DNA of 64,000 bases from Octopus vulgaris. Its lineage: Eukaryota. Below, in pieces: positions 24,317 through 38,430 of this stretch (position 1 is its first letter; each line of letters starts with the position of its first letter). The stretch is from positions 164,610,001 to 164,674,000 of the forward strand of contig OX597814.1 in the NCBI GenBank assembly GCA_951406725.2. Reading direction: 5' to 3'. The notes beneath the pieces were generated by a model. The model was not told where the DNA came from. It worked only from the letters and a program-made list of their open reading frames with translations, and searched no databases. The translations under genes were made by a program, and so were the position numbers.

Positions 24317-24520
24317 GGGAGAATTCACAAAAAAAAGAAAACACAAAAGACGAAGACAGGTGGTGGTAGACAACTAACAGATGTATTAGTTTAACGCTCG
24401 GGGATTGAAAAAGTCATTAACGTTTCGAGCCTACGCTTTCCAGCTTTCCACAGAAAGGTACACAGAAAGAAACAAGGAGAAAAAAATGTGTGTAGTGGCT
24501 AGCGATCTATCATGGCGACT
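24317..24520 (-). mobile_element. Second copy of the 17113-17320 pseudo-LTR family
   Basis: Minus strand contains AGCGTAGGCTCGAAACGT, GAGCG...CTAA.AC and CTTCGTCTTTTG, ending at (TA)n. Confidence 0.75.
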
Positions 24521-24937
24521 ATATATATATTTTTTATATGAATATATACGTTTGTGTGTGTATGTGTGCGTTAAATCTAGTAGAAGCGGTGGTACCTATG
24601 TCTTTAGAAGACCCTCCGAGACCGATATAATTAACACGACACTCCTTAACGTTCCGCTTAAACTTTTGTAAACCAACAATCTTTGTAAACGAAAGACTGA
24701 AGAAGGGATATATACAATGAATGGATTACGAAGAGAAATGTTCCAGAGAGGAAGTACTGCATGTCCTTATTCCATATGGTAGATTAATTTCATAAATTCT
24801 GTAGAGCTGATTAATTTCATAAAGAAGGTACAACTTTGGCAATGGTGTATTTTCTGGTGACCTTAAAACAACGATGACGCAATACAATCATGCTCTCGAA
24901 ATCACACACGAAGGCTCGGATGTAACGAACAAGGAAT

Positions 24938-25155
24938 ATACCTATTTCTTTATTACCCACAAGGGGCTAAACACAGAGGGGACAAACAAGGACAGACATA
25001 GGTATTAAGTCGATTACATCGACCCCAGTGCGTAACTGGTACTTAATTTATCGACCCCGAAAGGATGAAAGGCAAAGTCGACCTCGGCGGAATTTGAACT
25101 GACAACGTAACGACAGACGAAATACCGCAAAGCATTTCGCCCGGCGTGCTAACGC
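24938..25155 (-). mobile_element. SINE family A
   Basis: Reverse copy, slightly 5'-truncated. Confidence 0.9.
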
Positions 25156-25449
25156 TAGCACTGCCATCACTGCTATCGCCACCACCATTGCAGAGGCACA
25201 ATGACAGTCAAGAAAAACAATCTTTCTTGGTACGCGATTGTTCTTAGAAAAGTAAAAGGTGTACCGATTTACGCATATATGCACGTACACATATTCTAGA
25301 ATAAACATATTCACACGTTTACGAGCTATTCGCAACAAAATATTCGATGATCACATACATTTAAATTCCCCAGTGACATAACACTTTGGTAATAATCGTA
25401 AACATGCTGTACTCCCCATCACATATTTGTACATATATATGCATGCATA

Positions 25450-25714
25450 TATATATATAAAACTGAGAATGTGTCTGTTTGTCTGTCTGTCTGTCAGTGT
25501 GCATCGCTAAAACTAGAGAACTACCCAACCGATTTCATTCAAATTTTACACATACCTTCGGGTCTATGCAGTATCATGAGCCCCCAAAATTTTCAACTTG
25601 CGATCTCTTATCTCTTACACTATTTCAGTATTACGTGTCAAAAGTGAAGCAATAACATCTCTATTGTAATGTGCGATACTTCAGTTGTGAGATACTTCAG
25701 TTGTAATATAGATT

Positions 25715-25746
<32 letters not shown>

Positions 25747-25768
25747 TGTATGTATGTATGTATGTATG

Positions 25769-25813
<45 letters not shown>

Positions 25814-26056
25814 GTATGTATGTATGTATATATGTATGTATATATATGTATATATATATATATATACATATATACGCATATCTATATGCATGCATGTATA
25901 TATGCATGTATATGTGTACTTATCCCTTTGGCAAACAATGTTATAACATTGTGTTTGCAGTACTCCAGCATAGCCACAGTCCCATGAACGAAGCGAGTAA
26001 AACAATAAAAAAACTACGCAATTTTAATTCCGAGCAACGCCGGGTATCTCTGCTAG
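25450..26056 (+). mobile_element. Non-autonomous Helitron-like element
   Basis: 5' TATATAAAA..GTGTCTGT(CTGT)n..CAACCGATTTCATTCAAATTT; 3' CCGAGCAACGCCGGG hairpin-like motif then CTAG|T at 26053-26057. Confidence 0.7.
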
Positions 26057-26278
26057 TATATACGTGTACATGCTTGTGTGTATATACATATGTATGTATA
26101 TAATGCGTATATGTGTATGCATATATATGTGAATATATGTATATATATATATATACACATACAATTATAATATAATATATGTATGTGTGTGTGTGAGTGG
26201 GTAGGTGTATTCTTATATACACGTAGACATGACAATACGCCTCCGCTTGCGCTACCCCGCATCTCTCTTTCTCTCTCG

Positions 26279-26312
<34 letters not shown>

Positions 26313-26382
26313 GGGGAGAGAGAGAGAGGAAAGAGAGGTGTGTGGGATATATATACGCGTATATGTGTGTATGTATATATGC

Positions 26383-26433
<51 letters not shown>

Positions 26434-26615
26434 TGTGTGTGTGTGTGTGTTTGTGTGTGCATGTGTGTTGCATAAATTGTGTTTTGCTTACAGTAATGTA
26501 GAATGTTTTTTTAGAATGTGTTCTTAAACAAGTCGACTGAGTGTATGATTCTCGTTCTTCACAATATGGTCGCCACTTGGAACTAGTTTTAATCAATGAA
26601 AAGATATATATATTA

Positions 26616-26664
<49 letters not shown>

Positions 26665-29600
26665 GAGAGAGAGGGAGAGCCGTCAAACAGTTGATGTGAA
26701 AAATTAGTTTTATAAATCATTATTCTTTTGAATTTTGCAGTTCTTATTCCTCTCGCAAAATGTTAAAATCAATGTATTTATCATTCTTCGAAAACATAAT
26801 CAGATTTAGTAATCATTAAATTTTGTAAGTTACCTTAATTTATTGAATACTACCTATATTTGTCGTTGTAGTTGTTGTTGTTCTTTTTTATTGTTGTTGT
26901 TTGTTACGTTATTTTTCTTTTAGTCCTCAGAAAAACTTTGAACAAGCAGATTTGTAATTGAAGGCAATTCACCTTTACAATTCGGTATCTTTTTATTTTA
27001 AGTCTTTAGGACTATATTATCTAAGGTGACTTTTTACTTATTTAAGAATATAACCTGTGAATTGAAGGAAATTTGTTTGATTGCCATTTCTAGCAGGTCT
27101 AGCGAACACGCAAGGGTTTCTTCTTTGGTTTGCTTTACATACTACTTTTTTCTGTGTGTATACCACATGTGTCTTTCTCTAAGCAACACAAAGAAAATAT
27201 AACACTCAAGGAGATTATTATTTTACCGTTTTTCATTGCAGCAGACAATTTCTTTGTTTTAATGAACAAGAAATAAACAATAGGATTCTAAAAATATCTT
27301 TTGATTCGAATAATTATATTTGCATTAAATATTTAATTTTTTTTTAAATATGTAGTTTCGACATTTTAACATAATGTCGAGGAGCAAACAAAACAAAAGA
27401 GCTCTACCTTGTCTACTCTCTGCTATTTAACCTCTACAGCACAAGAGATCTTGCAGGCTTTAATAGAAAGGCAAAAGTTGTGTTGAGAGTTCGAAAGCTC
27501 TTATATTATTGATGCTTATTTCGAAGACACAATGAAAGATAATTTTCCGATAGTAACGGAAAGAAAATGTAGATACAGTATAATACCAAATGACTCTCAA
27601 AATTATCGCCTATTGTTGTTCGTTAAGTTTACTTTGCGACCAACGAAGGAGCCGTGAGTTAACGAGGAAACCTAAATGAGGTCCCTAACATTATAGAAAT
27701 AGTAGCCAATCTGCCACAATTAATATTGTGTGAACCATAAGGAGATATACACTGATCAATGTAAATTCTGATGATCAAAAAGACGGGATGCTGATGGCTG
27801 AAACGCACATCTGCACTGAATGATGCACCACAATCAGTTGTTCAGAATCTCACTCGCGAGGGACAGATACACGATGGGTCCAAACGATCGTAGTGATTGA
27901 TAAAGAATCTCGTGAATTCCATTTTCTCTTTCTCTCATACGTTATATACTGGACAGACACGAAGGAATATCTGAAGTAAATCCAGTGGAACTTATATCCA
28001 TATTGTAAATATGTATATACGTGCACACGCACACATATGCGTACAAGCAGTTTCCTCGTTGGCCTTTTTACAAGGGTTGTACTTCCCTCGACGTCTAGGG
28101 TTAGGTTTAGGAAGACAGTCTTTAAGTTGGTTGTAACAGTTATAACTAGGCAGAATTTTCGGAATTTATTCTCAAGATTTACAAGATATACAGAACAAAC
28201 AGGTTAATTACAGATGCCAGAGGGAAATGGCCATCAAGTTAAACTCTAAGGTAGCAGAAGTTGTCTCGATGTATCTGTGAATGAAGAAAGGAGTTTTACG
28301 CATTCTAACGTGTCCTTTGCATATATTCCATAAGATTTATGTAAGTTTTCGCATAAATTTCACAATAATTCGAATAACTAACTCTATAAAATCATTTATC
28401 ATTGTTATGATCATCACTTTTAAAATCTGAAACCCACCTCTACCTCACCCTTCTTCTCTACAGACCTTCTGTGGAAACAAAAGAAATATTCTGTTGTTTC
28501 TCAAATTCCTGTAATATTCTGTTGTGACATTTTCCCATGGCTGAGTCGCAATACTTCTCTTTCATTCTCCCCTCTTGTCTTTTTTTCTGTCTCTTTGGTC
28601 ATACGTTTCTTTCTGCTTTTCTTCAATATTCTCTCTCTCTCTCTTACTCACTCTTATTGTGTTTCTTTTCTTTACTTCCCCCTTCCTTTAATTTTTCTTT
28701 TTGTTTCTATTTTCCTACTATTATTTTTATTTTATTCTTCTCTCCGTCTGTCTTCTTCTTTACTTCCATCTATCGTTGTTTGTTTTCAACTCTCCAATTG
28801 ATTTCTTTAATTCTTTCTTCGTTTCTTGCGTTCTCTATGTTTCAAACCTTCCTTCTCTTTCTCACTCTTTTAAAAATCTTAGTTTTTCTTTGTTTCTCTG
28901 CCTCTTTCTTCTCCCTCTCTTCTTTTGCCCCTTCCTTCCTTCCTTCCTTCCTTCCTTCCTTCCTTCCTTCCCTTTTTTGTTTGTGTGTCTTCTTTCTTTC
29001 TTCTTAATTGATTCTATTTCTGTTTCTTCCAAGCCATTAGAAAAATCCGTACTATAGTGTCGTAAAAAGCTACGGACAGACTCATACATCACTGTAACAC
29101 AAAACCGTACACTATGAAGTTTTCAACCTGCTAGAAATAGCAATCACATCTTTTCCTGTTTCTCACTATATCATCTTAAAAGAGCAAAGATACATTGATT
29201 AATGTTGTACTGAATAGATTTGAGCTACAAAAGAGACGAGGTGGTTACGGCTTGAATGTCTTTGATCAACAACAATTACATAGAAGAGAACAGTGCGCCG
29301 TCAACATCAAAAGCTGTAAAAAATAACGACACAGTATTGTAAGATATTACGTAACATACATAGCTGTAAGTATCGCACCCATGATAGATGGAAAAGTAGA
29401 AAATTTGTCAAAGGTTTTGGAGTAGGGCAAAGTTTTAACCAACTATGTACTGAGGCATTAGAGTGGAATTCGACATAATGTGGAATACCATATCTATAAC
29501 TGTGAAACTGTCTAAAATCATAAGCCAAGCGCTGGTTTTCCCATTAATGGAATCCTACTGATAGTTTGAACATTTAAGAAATTACATAAAGAATATACAA

Positions 29601-30050
29601 GATTTCGTGAAAGCCACGAATGTAAAATAATACTTGTAAAATAGTATTATAAAGATCATAATATATTACTATACAACGGTGCATGTGTAGATCCAGTTGG
29701 TGATATATAACCGTGAAACGGATTAAGACTATCTATCTAGTACGCCATTGCGAGATTAGAACTCAGAACTCAAAAAGTGGGAACAAATACGGCAGGGTTG
29801 CAATGTTTCTTTCGGTTTTTTGAGTTTTGAGTTCAAATTCTCTTTGAGAATATACGACTGCCGGCATTGGGTCCAACGTTTTTATATTTCAGCAAATTCT
29901 CCCACACTTGATTAATAATTTACTTTATCGATGAAAGGCGAAATTGACTGTGGCAAGATTTGAACTCAGAGTCACCAGAGAGTCGAAACAAACATTGATA
30001 GGCATTGTTTTCAACACTTTAGCATTCTGCCGAATCGCTGCCTTAAATGC

Positions 30051-30465
30051 TATTTCTTTACTACCAACAAGGAGCTAAACACAGAGAGGACAAACAAGGA
30101 GAGACAAACGGATTAAGTAGATTATATCGAACCCAGTGCGTAACTGGTACTTATTTAATCGACCCCAAAAGGATGAAAGGCAAAGTCGACCTCGGCGGAA
30201 TTTGAACTCAGAACGTAGCGGCAGACGAAATACTTATTTCTTTACTACCCACAAGGGGCTAAACACAGAGAGGACAAACAAGGACAGACAAACGGATTAA
30301 GTCGATTATATCGACCCCAGTACGTAACTGGTACTTAATTTATCGATCCTGAAAGGATGAAAGGCAAAGTCGACCTTGGTGGAATTTGAACTCAGAACGT
30401 AACGGCAGACAAAATACGACTACGCATTTCGCCCGGCGTGCTAACGTTTCTGCCAGCTCGCCGCT
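30051..30465 (-). mobile_element. SINE-A tandem dimer with a single TSD
   Basis: Two units joined at 30233/30234; TSD TCGCTGCCTTAA(A/T)TGC at 30035-30050 and 30468-30483. Confidence 0.9.
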
Positions 30466-32305
30466 CTTCGCTGCCTTAATTGCGTTAGACGACTAATGAA
30501 GAATATGCATCACATTTTGGTGATTAAAAAAAGGCTTTTAGACTGAAATTAAGGTCTGGGTAATCTTTTTTAGCTTTTAGACAGTTGAAATATGTGAGTT
30601 TTCTGCAGTGATTGAGGATTGTAATTAATGACTGAGATGACGAGGATCTGGGTTGTATTCACAGATCTTACAGATGTTGAATTTCTTTCAGAAATCCAAG
30701 GCTTCAAGATGGTATTTAAGGAATCACGCAACATAACTAAAACACACGAAGACAAAAATAAAAACGATTGCGTAAGAATAGACAAACAGAAAAAAAAAAC
30801 AATGAATACCTAATACAAACATCAAGAATAATAGTACAAAGAAATAAATAAGTAACTGAACAGCAGAACAGATAAAATTAAACAACAAAGCTATGTTATT
30901 CGTTAATTTCATTTTGTTCTGTTTTGCTATTGTTTTCTTTACTCAGATTTCATGTTGTTTGTGTTTCCAAACCATTTATTTAGCGACTGGCTCTAACTGT
31001 TTACCATAACATCGTGACAATAAAGACACACTCTCCGCTTCTATGACACCCGTCTGAATACCACAGCACTTCCTTTGAAAATAACAACAACAAAAACTAC
31101 ACCACCACCACCAACAACAACATCAGCACCACCAACAACAACAGCAACAACAACAGCGACAACAACAGCAACAACAACAAAGATAACGATTTCCCAAGTC
31201 AGCATAAAGCTTCAAATTGCTGAGAAATGGGAATAGTCCATCTAAACGTCTCGCTGTTATATTACAATAATAAGTATATGCTTTCAAACTCACGAAGGAT
31301 CTTTAAAAGAGGGTACTTAGCTTTGTTTTTATAGCGCAAAGTGGATGAGAATTGAATCTCCACTTGGAGAAGCTGCCAGCCTTAAACCAAATAACATTCC
31401 CAGATGCTTTATTGACAATTCCTCTACCGTAGATAAACTATGGTACGATACAATACATGCTTTGCCTAGAAACACAGTGAAACGGCACCACTTTGTAAGT
31501 AACAATGAAACTTATAGCATCATTACAACCATCATCGCAACTACCAACTGCAACGATAGCAACAACACACCACCAACAAATCGACTCATGCATAAATAAT
31601 TAGGTTATCCATAGTTCAGTCAAAAATCTGACTGTTAGGACATGGGAATGCATGTTCGTATCTTACCAACATCTATTGATATCTGTAGATATCCAAACTT
31701 CATCTGAAGCTTCTGCGTTATTAGCTATGACATTCCAAAACAGCGAATAAACATGGTAGATTATTCAATTCGATATACGAATAGGGCATTTGGGAACTTC
31801 ATTCGGTTAAACGCTTCGAATTGTTGGAGTGGATTTAAAAGATTTTTACTCCAACCACACCTTATCTGTTATTTTGACACAAACCCAACATCACGAAGCT
31901 GTCATTAAGTCTTCATTAGAGGGAGGGAGAGACAGAGGAAGAAAGAAGTAGGAGAAACATTACGGATTCTGCCAAGACAGCACTCTAATAATTAAAAGCG
32001 AAAACAATTAATAACTATTTCAAATAGTCTTAAGTCCTGTGACCATTTCTTGATGATTTATGGTAAAATAAACTCAAACTTGTCAAAATGCATGAAAAAT
32101 AAATAAATACATAAATAAATAGATAAACAATAATATTGAAATGAAAACATAAGCTAAATAAATCGTAATGCACATAAACATTCACAATATTACACTCCTT
32201 CCATATATACGCATACATATACACACTTCTGCGTGCGCGCGAGAGTGTATGTGTATAAGTGTGTGTGTTTAGCTATATTTACAATGCGTTTACATGTATA
32301 TGTAG

Positions 32306-32396
<91 letters not shown>

Positions 32397-32560
32397 GGCA
32401 AAATTTTTTTATTACCATATATACACATCGACATGTTGAGAGAAATTGAAAGAGAGACAGACAGAGGGGGGCAGGGAGAGAGTATTATAGAGATACATAC
32501 ATAAAAGTTTGCTTTTCATATTTTGTCACGTATTCATGCAAATTTTGGCATACACATGTG

Positions 32561-32634
<74 letters not shown>

Positions 32635-33398
32635 CTGTGTGTGCATGTCTATATTTTTCACACGCGCAAGGTTGACAACTATTTCGAAGTTTAGGCTTCG
32701 TAGCATTTGTCCTTTAAGCCTGACAAAGGGAACAAAGCCAAAACGCTCGAGTTTTCCTATGTAGAAACAATATATATATATACTAGCATACCCGTGGCGT
32801 AAAAAATGCCGGCAGTTTTATTAATGATAGAATCTATATATTACTTATGTATGTATGTACGTATGTGTGCAAGTATATATATATATACATTAATCGATTT
32901 TCAACTTTTATTTAAATGTGGTCACATCAGTAGTGTCCATCCCTTGACTAATCTCAAATAATCACGTAACGAATACGCTTATATTCACATAAAAATTAGT
33001 AAGGCCAGAGGACTGGAAACTGTTTGCACATTATATACTGTTTTCTCCCCTACCCTCTCTAAGGGTCATTTTTGTATTACATGTCCTTTTTTCTCTCTCG
33101 TTATTTACGTATTTAACTTCTTTATTTTCGTATTTCGTGTTGTTTACTGTTGGGGCATATATATGTATGTGTATGTGTATATATATATGTGCATATATAT
33201 ATATATATATATATATGCAAATATATACATATATATATGCATATAAATATATATATAAATATATATATATATCATTATTTAATTGAACGTCACGCATCCA
33301 TTTCCAAATATATATCTATATATATAAATATAAAAGGCTATTAATAATGGTAATATATATATATATATATATATATGTATAAAAGGTTATTAATAATG

Positions 33399-33439
<41 letters not shown>

Positions 33440-33985
33440 ATATGTGTGTGTGTTTCTGTCTGTGTTTGTCTCACACGACTTCTTGACAACTGGTGTTGGT
33501 GTGTTTACGTCTCCGTTATCTAGCAGTTCGGCAAAAGATACAGATTAAGTGCCATGTTTAAAAATTGTGTACTGGGATCGATTCAATCGGCTAAAAATTC
33601 TTCAAGGCAGTGTCCCTGCATGGTTGTAATCTAATGACACACATGCATACATACATGCATACATACATGCATACATACATACATACATACATACATACAT
33701 ACATACATACATACATACATACATACATACATACACACACATACTTGTTTCAGTCATTAGACTGAGACCATTCTGGGGCACTTCATTGAAGAAGTTTTAT
33801 AGTCGAATGAATCGAACCCTATATTAATTTATTTTTAAGCTTGGTACTTATTTTATCGGGTTTCTCTCATTTTCTGTCTACCAAATCCATTCACTAAGCT
33901 TTTGTCGGCCTAAGGTGCCACGCAGTGGGACTGGACCCAGAACCCTGTGATTGGGAAGCAAACTTCTTACCACACAGTCACGCTT
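33440..33985. mobile_element. Two degenerate SINE-B pieces tail-to-tail around (CATA)n
   Basis: Plus-strand 3' half 33440-33640; minus-strand copy 33745-33985. Confidence 0.75.
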
Positions 33986-34273
33986 GAGATTGTTCCAAGT
34001 TCACCGTCGCTATTTATAAAAACCTTACAAGAAGTTCTCGGAATGCGTCTTTGCAGCTAATTTTTCATTTACACACTGAGTCGTATTAATTATCCTAGCC
34101 CGCGAGACATCGTCAGGACGTTGTTTAGTTGAATAAACAATCGTCTCTACATTTCTGCATGAAAAACAGTTGGAGCAATTATTAATCAAAAAAGAAAAAA
34201 AAAATGCATACGTTGGCACTGAATAAATATTGTTCATTAAAATCAGTGCTATATCTAACACTAGGATTAGATA

Positions 34274-34502
34274 AGGCGGCGAGCTGGCAGAAACGTTAGC
34301 ACGCCGGGCGAAATGCGTAGCCGTATTTCGTCTGTCGTTACGTTCTGAGTTCAAATTCCGCCGAAGTCTACTTTGCCTTTCATCCTTTCGGAGTCGATAA
34401 ATTAAGTACCAGTTACGCACCAGTTAAGACAAACGACTTAATCCGTTTGTCTGTCCTTGTTTGTCCCCTCTATGTTTAGCCCCTTGTGGGTAATAAAGAA
34501 AC
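34274..34502 (+). mobile_element. SINE family A
   Basis: Full copy; absent from the duplicated segment starting at 35350. Confidence 0.9.
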
Positions 34503-35085
34503 AATTAATAATGATCTATACAATCTTTAAAGGTAGTGCTCCCGCATGGCCGCACTCCAGTATGTGAAACTAATAAACGCTCATAAATAAGCCCTCACCT
34601 CATTATCTTTAGTACACACGCGTCTTCCCGTGTTTCGGTTGCCGTTATGATTTCTGTTGTTGGTGTTGTTTTTGCTGTTATTGTTGTTCACATATTTTTA
34701 GATAATAAAAAAGAGTCAAACATCAGGATCCCCACCTCAGAACTCAAAGAGTTGGAACAAATACGGCAGGGTTGCAATGTTTCTTCCGGTTTTTTGAGTT
34801 TTGAGTTCAAATTCTCTTTGAGAATATAAGACTGCCGGCATCCGGTCCAACATTTTTATATTTCAGCAAATTCCCCCCATACTTGATTAATGATTAATTT
34901 TATCGAAGAAAGGTGAAATTAACTGCCGTAAGATTTGAACTCAGAGCCATCAGAGAGTCGGAACAAACATTGTTAGGCATTGTTTTCAACACTTTAGCAT
35001 TCTGCCAGCTCGCCGCCTTAATTGCGTTAGACGATTAATGAAGAATATGCATCACATTTTGGTGATTAAAAAAGGCTTTTAAACT

Positions 35086-35296
35086 GCTGGCAGAAACGTT
35101 AGCACGCCGGGCGAAATGCGTCTGCCGTTACGTTCTGAATTCAAATTCCGCCAAGGTCGACTTTGCTTTTCATCCTTTCGGGATCCATAAATTAAGTACC
35201 AGTTACGCATTGGAGTCGATATAATCGACTTAATCCGTTTGTCTGTCCTTGTTTGTCCTCTCTGTGCTTAGCCCCTTGTGGGTAGTAAAGAAATAA
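35086..35296 (+). mobile_element. SINE family A
   Basis: Copy with a small internal deletion; absent from the paralogous site near 30545. Confidence 0.9.
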
Positions 35297-35969
35297 AGGT
35301 TTGGGTAATTTCTTAGCTTTTAAACAATTGAAATATGTGAGTTTTCTACATCTAGCACTAGGATTAATAATGATGTGTTAGAATCTTTAAAAGCAGCGCT
35401 CTCGCATGGCCGCACTCCAGTATGTGAAACTAATAAACGCTCGTAAACAAGCCCTCACCTCATTCTCTTTAGTACACACGCGTCTCCCCGTGTTTCGGTT
35501 GCCGTTATGATTTCTGTTGCTTTTGTTGTTGGTGTTGTTGTTTTTTGCTGTTATTGTTGTTCACATATTTTTAGATAATAGAAAAGAGTCAAACATCAGG
35601 ATCCCCACCTCAACCTTCTTTGTCCTTTGTCTACCTAATTGTGATCACCTGTTTCTGCTTTTTATCGTTGCCCTATTCACATTTCAACATTCAGCCGCCC
35701 CTCACACGCCCAATACCGCATTCCCTCCTATTTTCCGCATCCACCACCCGCAGCTAAAATGCCTGAATCTGACACCTGTGTGGAGTTAAAAGCAACTTTC
35801 TTTGACCTAGACAAGCCCTACCTATTTAACTTTTCTTATTACCTTTGACATTGCTCTTTCTTGCTTCCCCCCATCACACTGCATGCTTCCTGGTGGGTGC
35901 GCACGTGTGCTATGTCAGTGCGCGAGTGTCTGTGTGTGAGCATGTTTGCATATGTGTGTGTGAGTGCGT

Positions 35970-36027
<58 letters not shown>

Positions 36028-36275
36028 ATGTTTGCATGTATGTGTATGTATGCGTGTATACATGTAGATTTAACGGTAGCTATTTGTAAGCGTACAAGTA
36101 TACATGTTTATTTCTATCTGCGTTTATTATGTGTATATATATCTATGTGTGTGTGTCTATACATACATGCTTAATACTTACACACATACGCACGCATACA
36201 GACACGTATATTTATACACACATAGACATATATGTACGCATACATATATATACGTAAAACATATATATATATATA

Positions 36276-36508
36276 CAGGGTTTTCAAAAAGTCTCTCCGC
36301 AGTGAAATTTTTTCATCCTGCGCATCACCATGGTGCTACTTCAAGATGTTTTCGGTGAACGGATTATTTCGAAGGGACTTGGGCCACCAAGATCACTTGA
36401 TTTAACACCGCCAGCCTTTTTCTTCTGGGGAGTAAGTAAAGGACCAGTGTAGAAGAATCGACCAAAGACCATTAAATACTTACTACGGAGAGACTTTATG
36501 AACACCCT

Positions 36509-36509
<1 letters not shown>
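36276..36509 (+). mobile_element. Internally deleted Tc1/mariner-superfamily element
   Basis: 28-bp terminal inverted repeats (TIRs, 24/28 match) between TA dinucleotides; encodes LQDVFGERIISKGLGPPRSLDLTPPAFFFWG, a decayed WPPRSPDL-x-P-x-DFFLWG transposase motif. Confidence 0.85.
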
Positions 36510-36591
<82 letters not shown>

Positions 36592-37349
36592 TAGATAGAT
36601 AGCTAGATATACATACACATACATACGAACACGCATACATATACATATAAACATCTGTGTGTATATATATATACACACACACATACGCTTGAATACTTGT
36701 GTGTATGTTGGAAGGGGTATGTTCGTTCATGCGAGACAGAGCTCACCGGTTAATCTGTACGGGTATATGTAAACTGAGCTCAGGTGACTTGATACAATAT
36801 CTATAGACATAGCGTATATCCAGGTATTATTCTATTTACAGAAATATAAAGAAAAGCTATTAAAATCGTTTGTGTTTTCAAACATTTCCCTCATTAAATA
36901 CCTACAATATGAAGAGAAGGTATGGTGGAATACTTATGTTACGGAGAGGAAGGGGCAAGGATAGTTATTTAGCTCAGCGCCTGGAGATAGTGTGCAGTTT
37001 GGTGTACAAGATATGGTTAAAGAAATGAGAAAACTGAATAGATGTAGCATGTGGCCATCCAGCTCCGATGAGAAGAATAAACACTAAGTTTCAGAGCCAG
37101 AAGCCTGAGTGTGTTGGCGAGCAACTTCATTGTTTAATGACACAGTCTGTTATGTTCGCATGTGGTGTGGAAGTATGGCGGCGGCATTCCAGAGTGGGTC
37201 TCACCTGAGCTTTGTATATGATTACTAATTATTAGGCACACAAGTATTTTCTTACTCTGATAAAGAAAACCAATATTTGCAAAGCTACCATGATAAGGAA
37301 AACCAAATATTGCAAAACTACCATGTCTAAATCAACAGCAACCAGATGC

Positions 37350-37790
37350 TTATCACCGGCCCATGTATAATGGAGTCTTCGATTTTGAATGGGGCAGTGA
37401 GGTACTATCCCGTTTTGCCTTCAGATGCAAATCTGATCTCAACGAATTTGACTTCATATTACCAGCTGCAGGTGACATTAGTTTTTGTTTCCATTGTACC
37501 TACATGCAACTTTCTTTGTGCGCATGCGTCGCCCTCTGAACATTTCGATTTTAGATGCTTATACTCTTGTATGTTACCGTACATCTGTTGATCTCCTGCA
37601 TGAACTCACATGCTTTGCGCAGACAAATATTTCTTTCTTTCTTTTCCAGCGTGCCCTTTCTTTTCTTATGGCGCCTTATTCCGTTTCTCGGCCACTCTTG
37701 CAACATTTAAATTTGCTTTACCCAAGCCGTTGTTGTTTTTATTTGATTCCGGAATGACGCAAAACAAATTTAACTTCAGTAAGATCTGTA
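37350..37790 (-). mobile_element. Possible decayed RTE-like LINE fragment
   Basis: Frameshifted translation VARVAEKRNKA...QEYKHL/NRNVQRA resembles the RTE endonuclease-RT linker. Confidence 0.3.
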
Positions 37791-37894
37791 CGTAAAGAAA
37801 CGTAACTAAATACTACAAGATATTTTGTCCGGTCTTTCACTGATTCTGTAAATTCATCGTCTTAGAGGGGAAACAATGAAGTAAGAAGCCAACA

Positions 37895-38430
37895 TAAAGT
37901 GCAGGTTATAGAGTTTGTCTATGGAGACCACATCCCAAATTGTTTCTAGTTGTTCTGCTCTTGCAGTTCATCAGGGTTATATTTATAGAAATCGTCGAGT
38001 CGGCGGCTGGCTATATCTATCGAGCAATATATCGAAGGTTCGACGTGGAAATTGCAAAATGACACGACCATGTACCAAATATGGTAAACACTTAAATACC
38101 TGACTATATCAATTTGGAACATGCTCAATTGATAAAGAAATGAAGGCATACAATTATCAAAGACAGGAGTAAAAATGTCTGTACTCTGACAGACATACTG
38201 ATTTCTTTCGACTAAAACATTGCCCAGAAGGAGATGAAGAAATTGGTAAAGTATTTTGAAATGGAAATAAGCAGTATGTGTATTATAGGAGTGAAAATAG
38301 TTTCAAAAATAATTGGAGCACTAGGTGTGATAAAACAAACCAATGAGAAAAGTATAATAATAATGGCAGGGAAAACAAACCTACAAATAAAAAATACAAA
38401 AACAAAAACAACCAGCTCACCTTCTATATG
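37895..38430 (+). mobile_element. Decayed RLE-type (R4/Dong-like) LINE 3' region
   Basis: KCRL*...ETTSQIVSSCSALA (CCHC knuckle remnant) and KYFEMEISSM..VKIV..IIGALGVI. Confidence 0.7.

Noticed and set aside
27765-27812. CTGATGA / CTGATGG..GAAAC motif
   Set aside because: No stem II; part of an old dispersed repeat whose other copies lack the motif.
37935-37978. Minus-strand CTGATGA followed by a CTGC/GCAG hairpin
   Set aside because: No GAAA directly after stem II, and it lies antisense within a LINE coding remnant.
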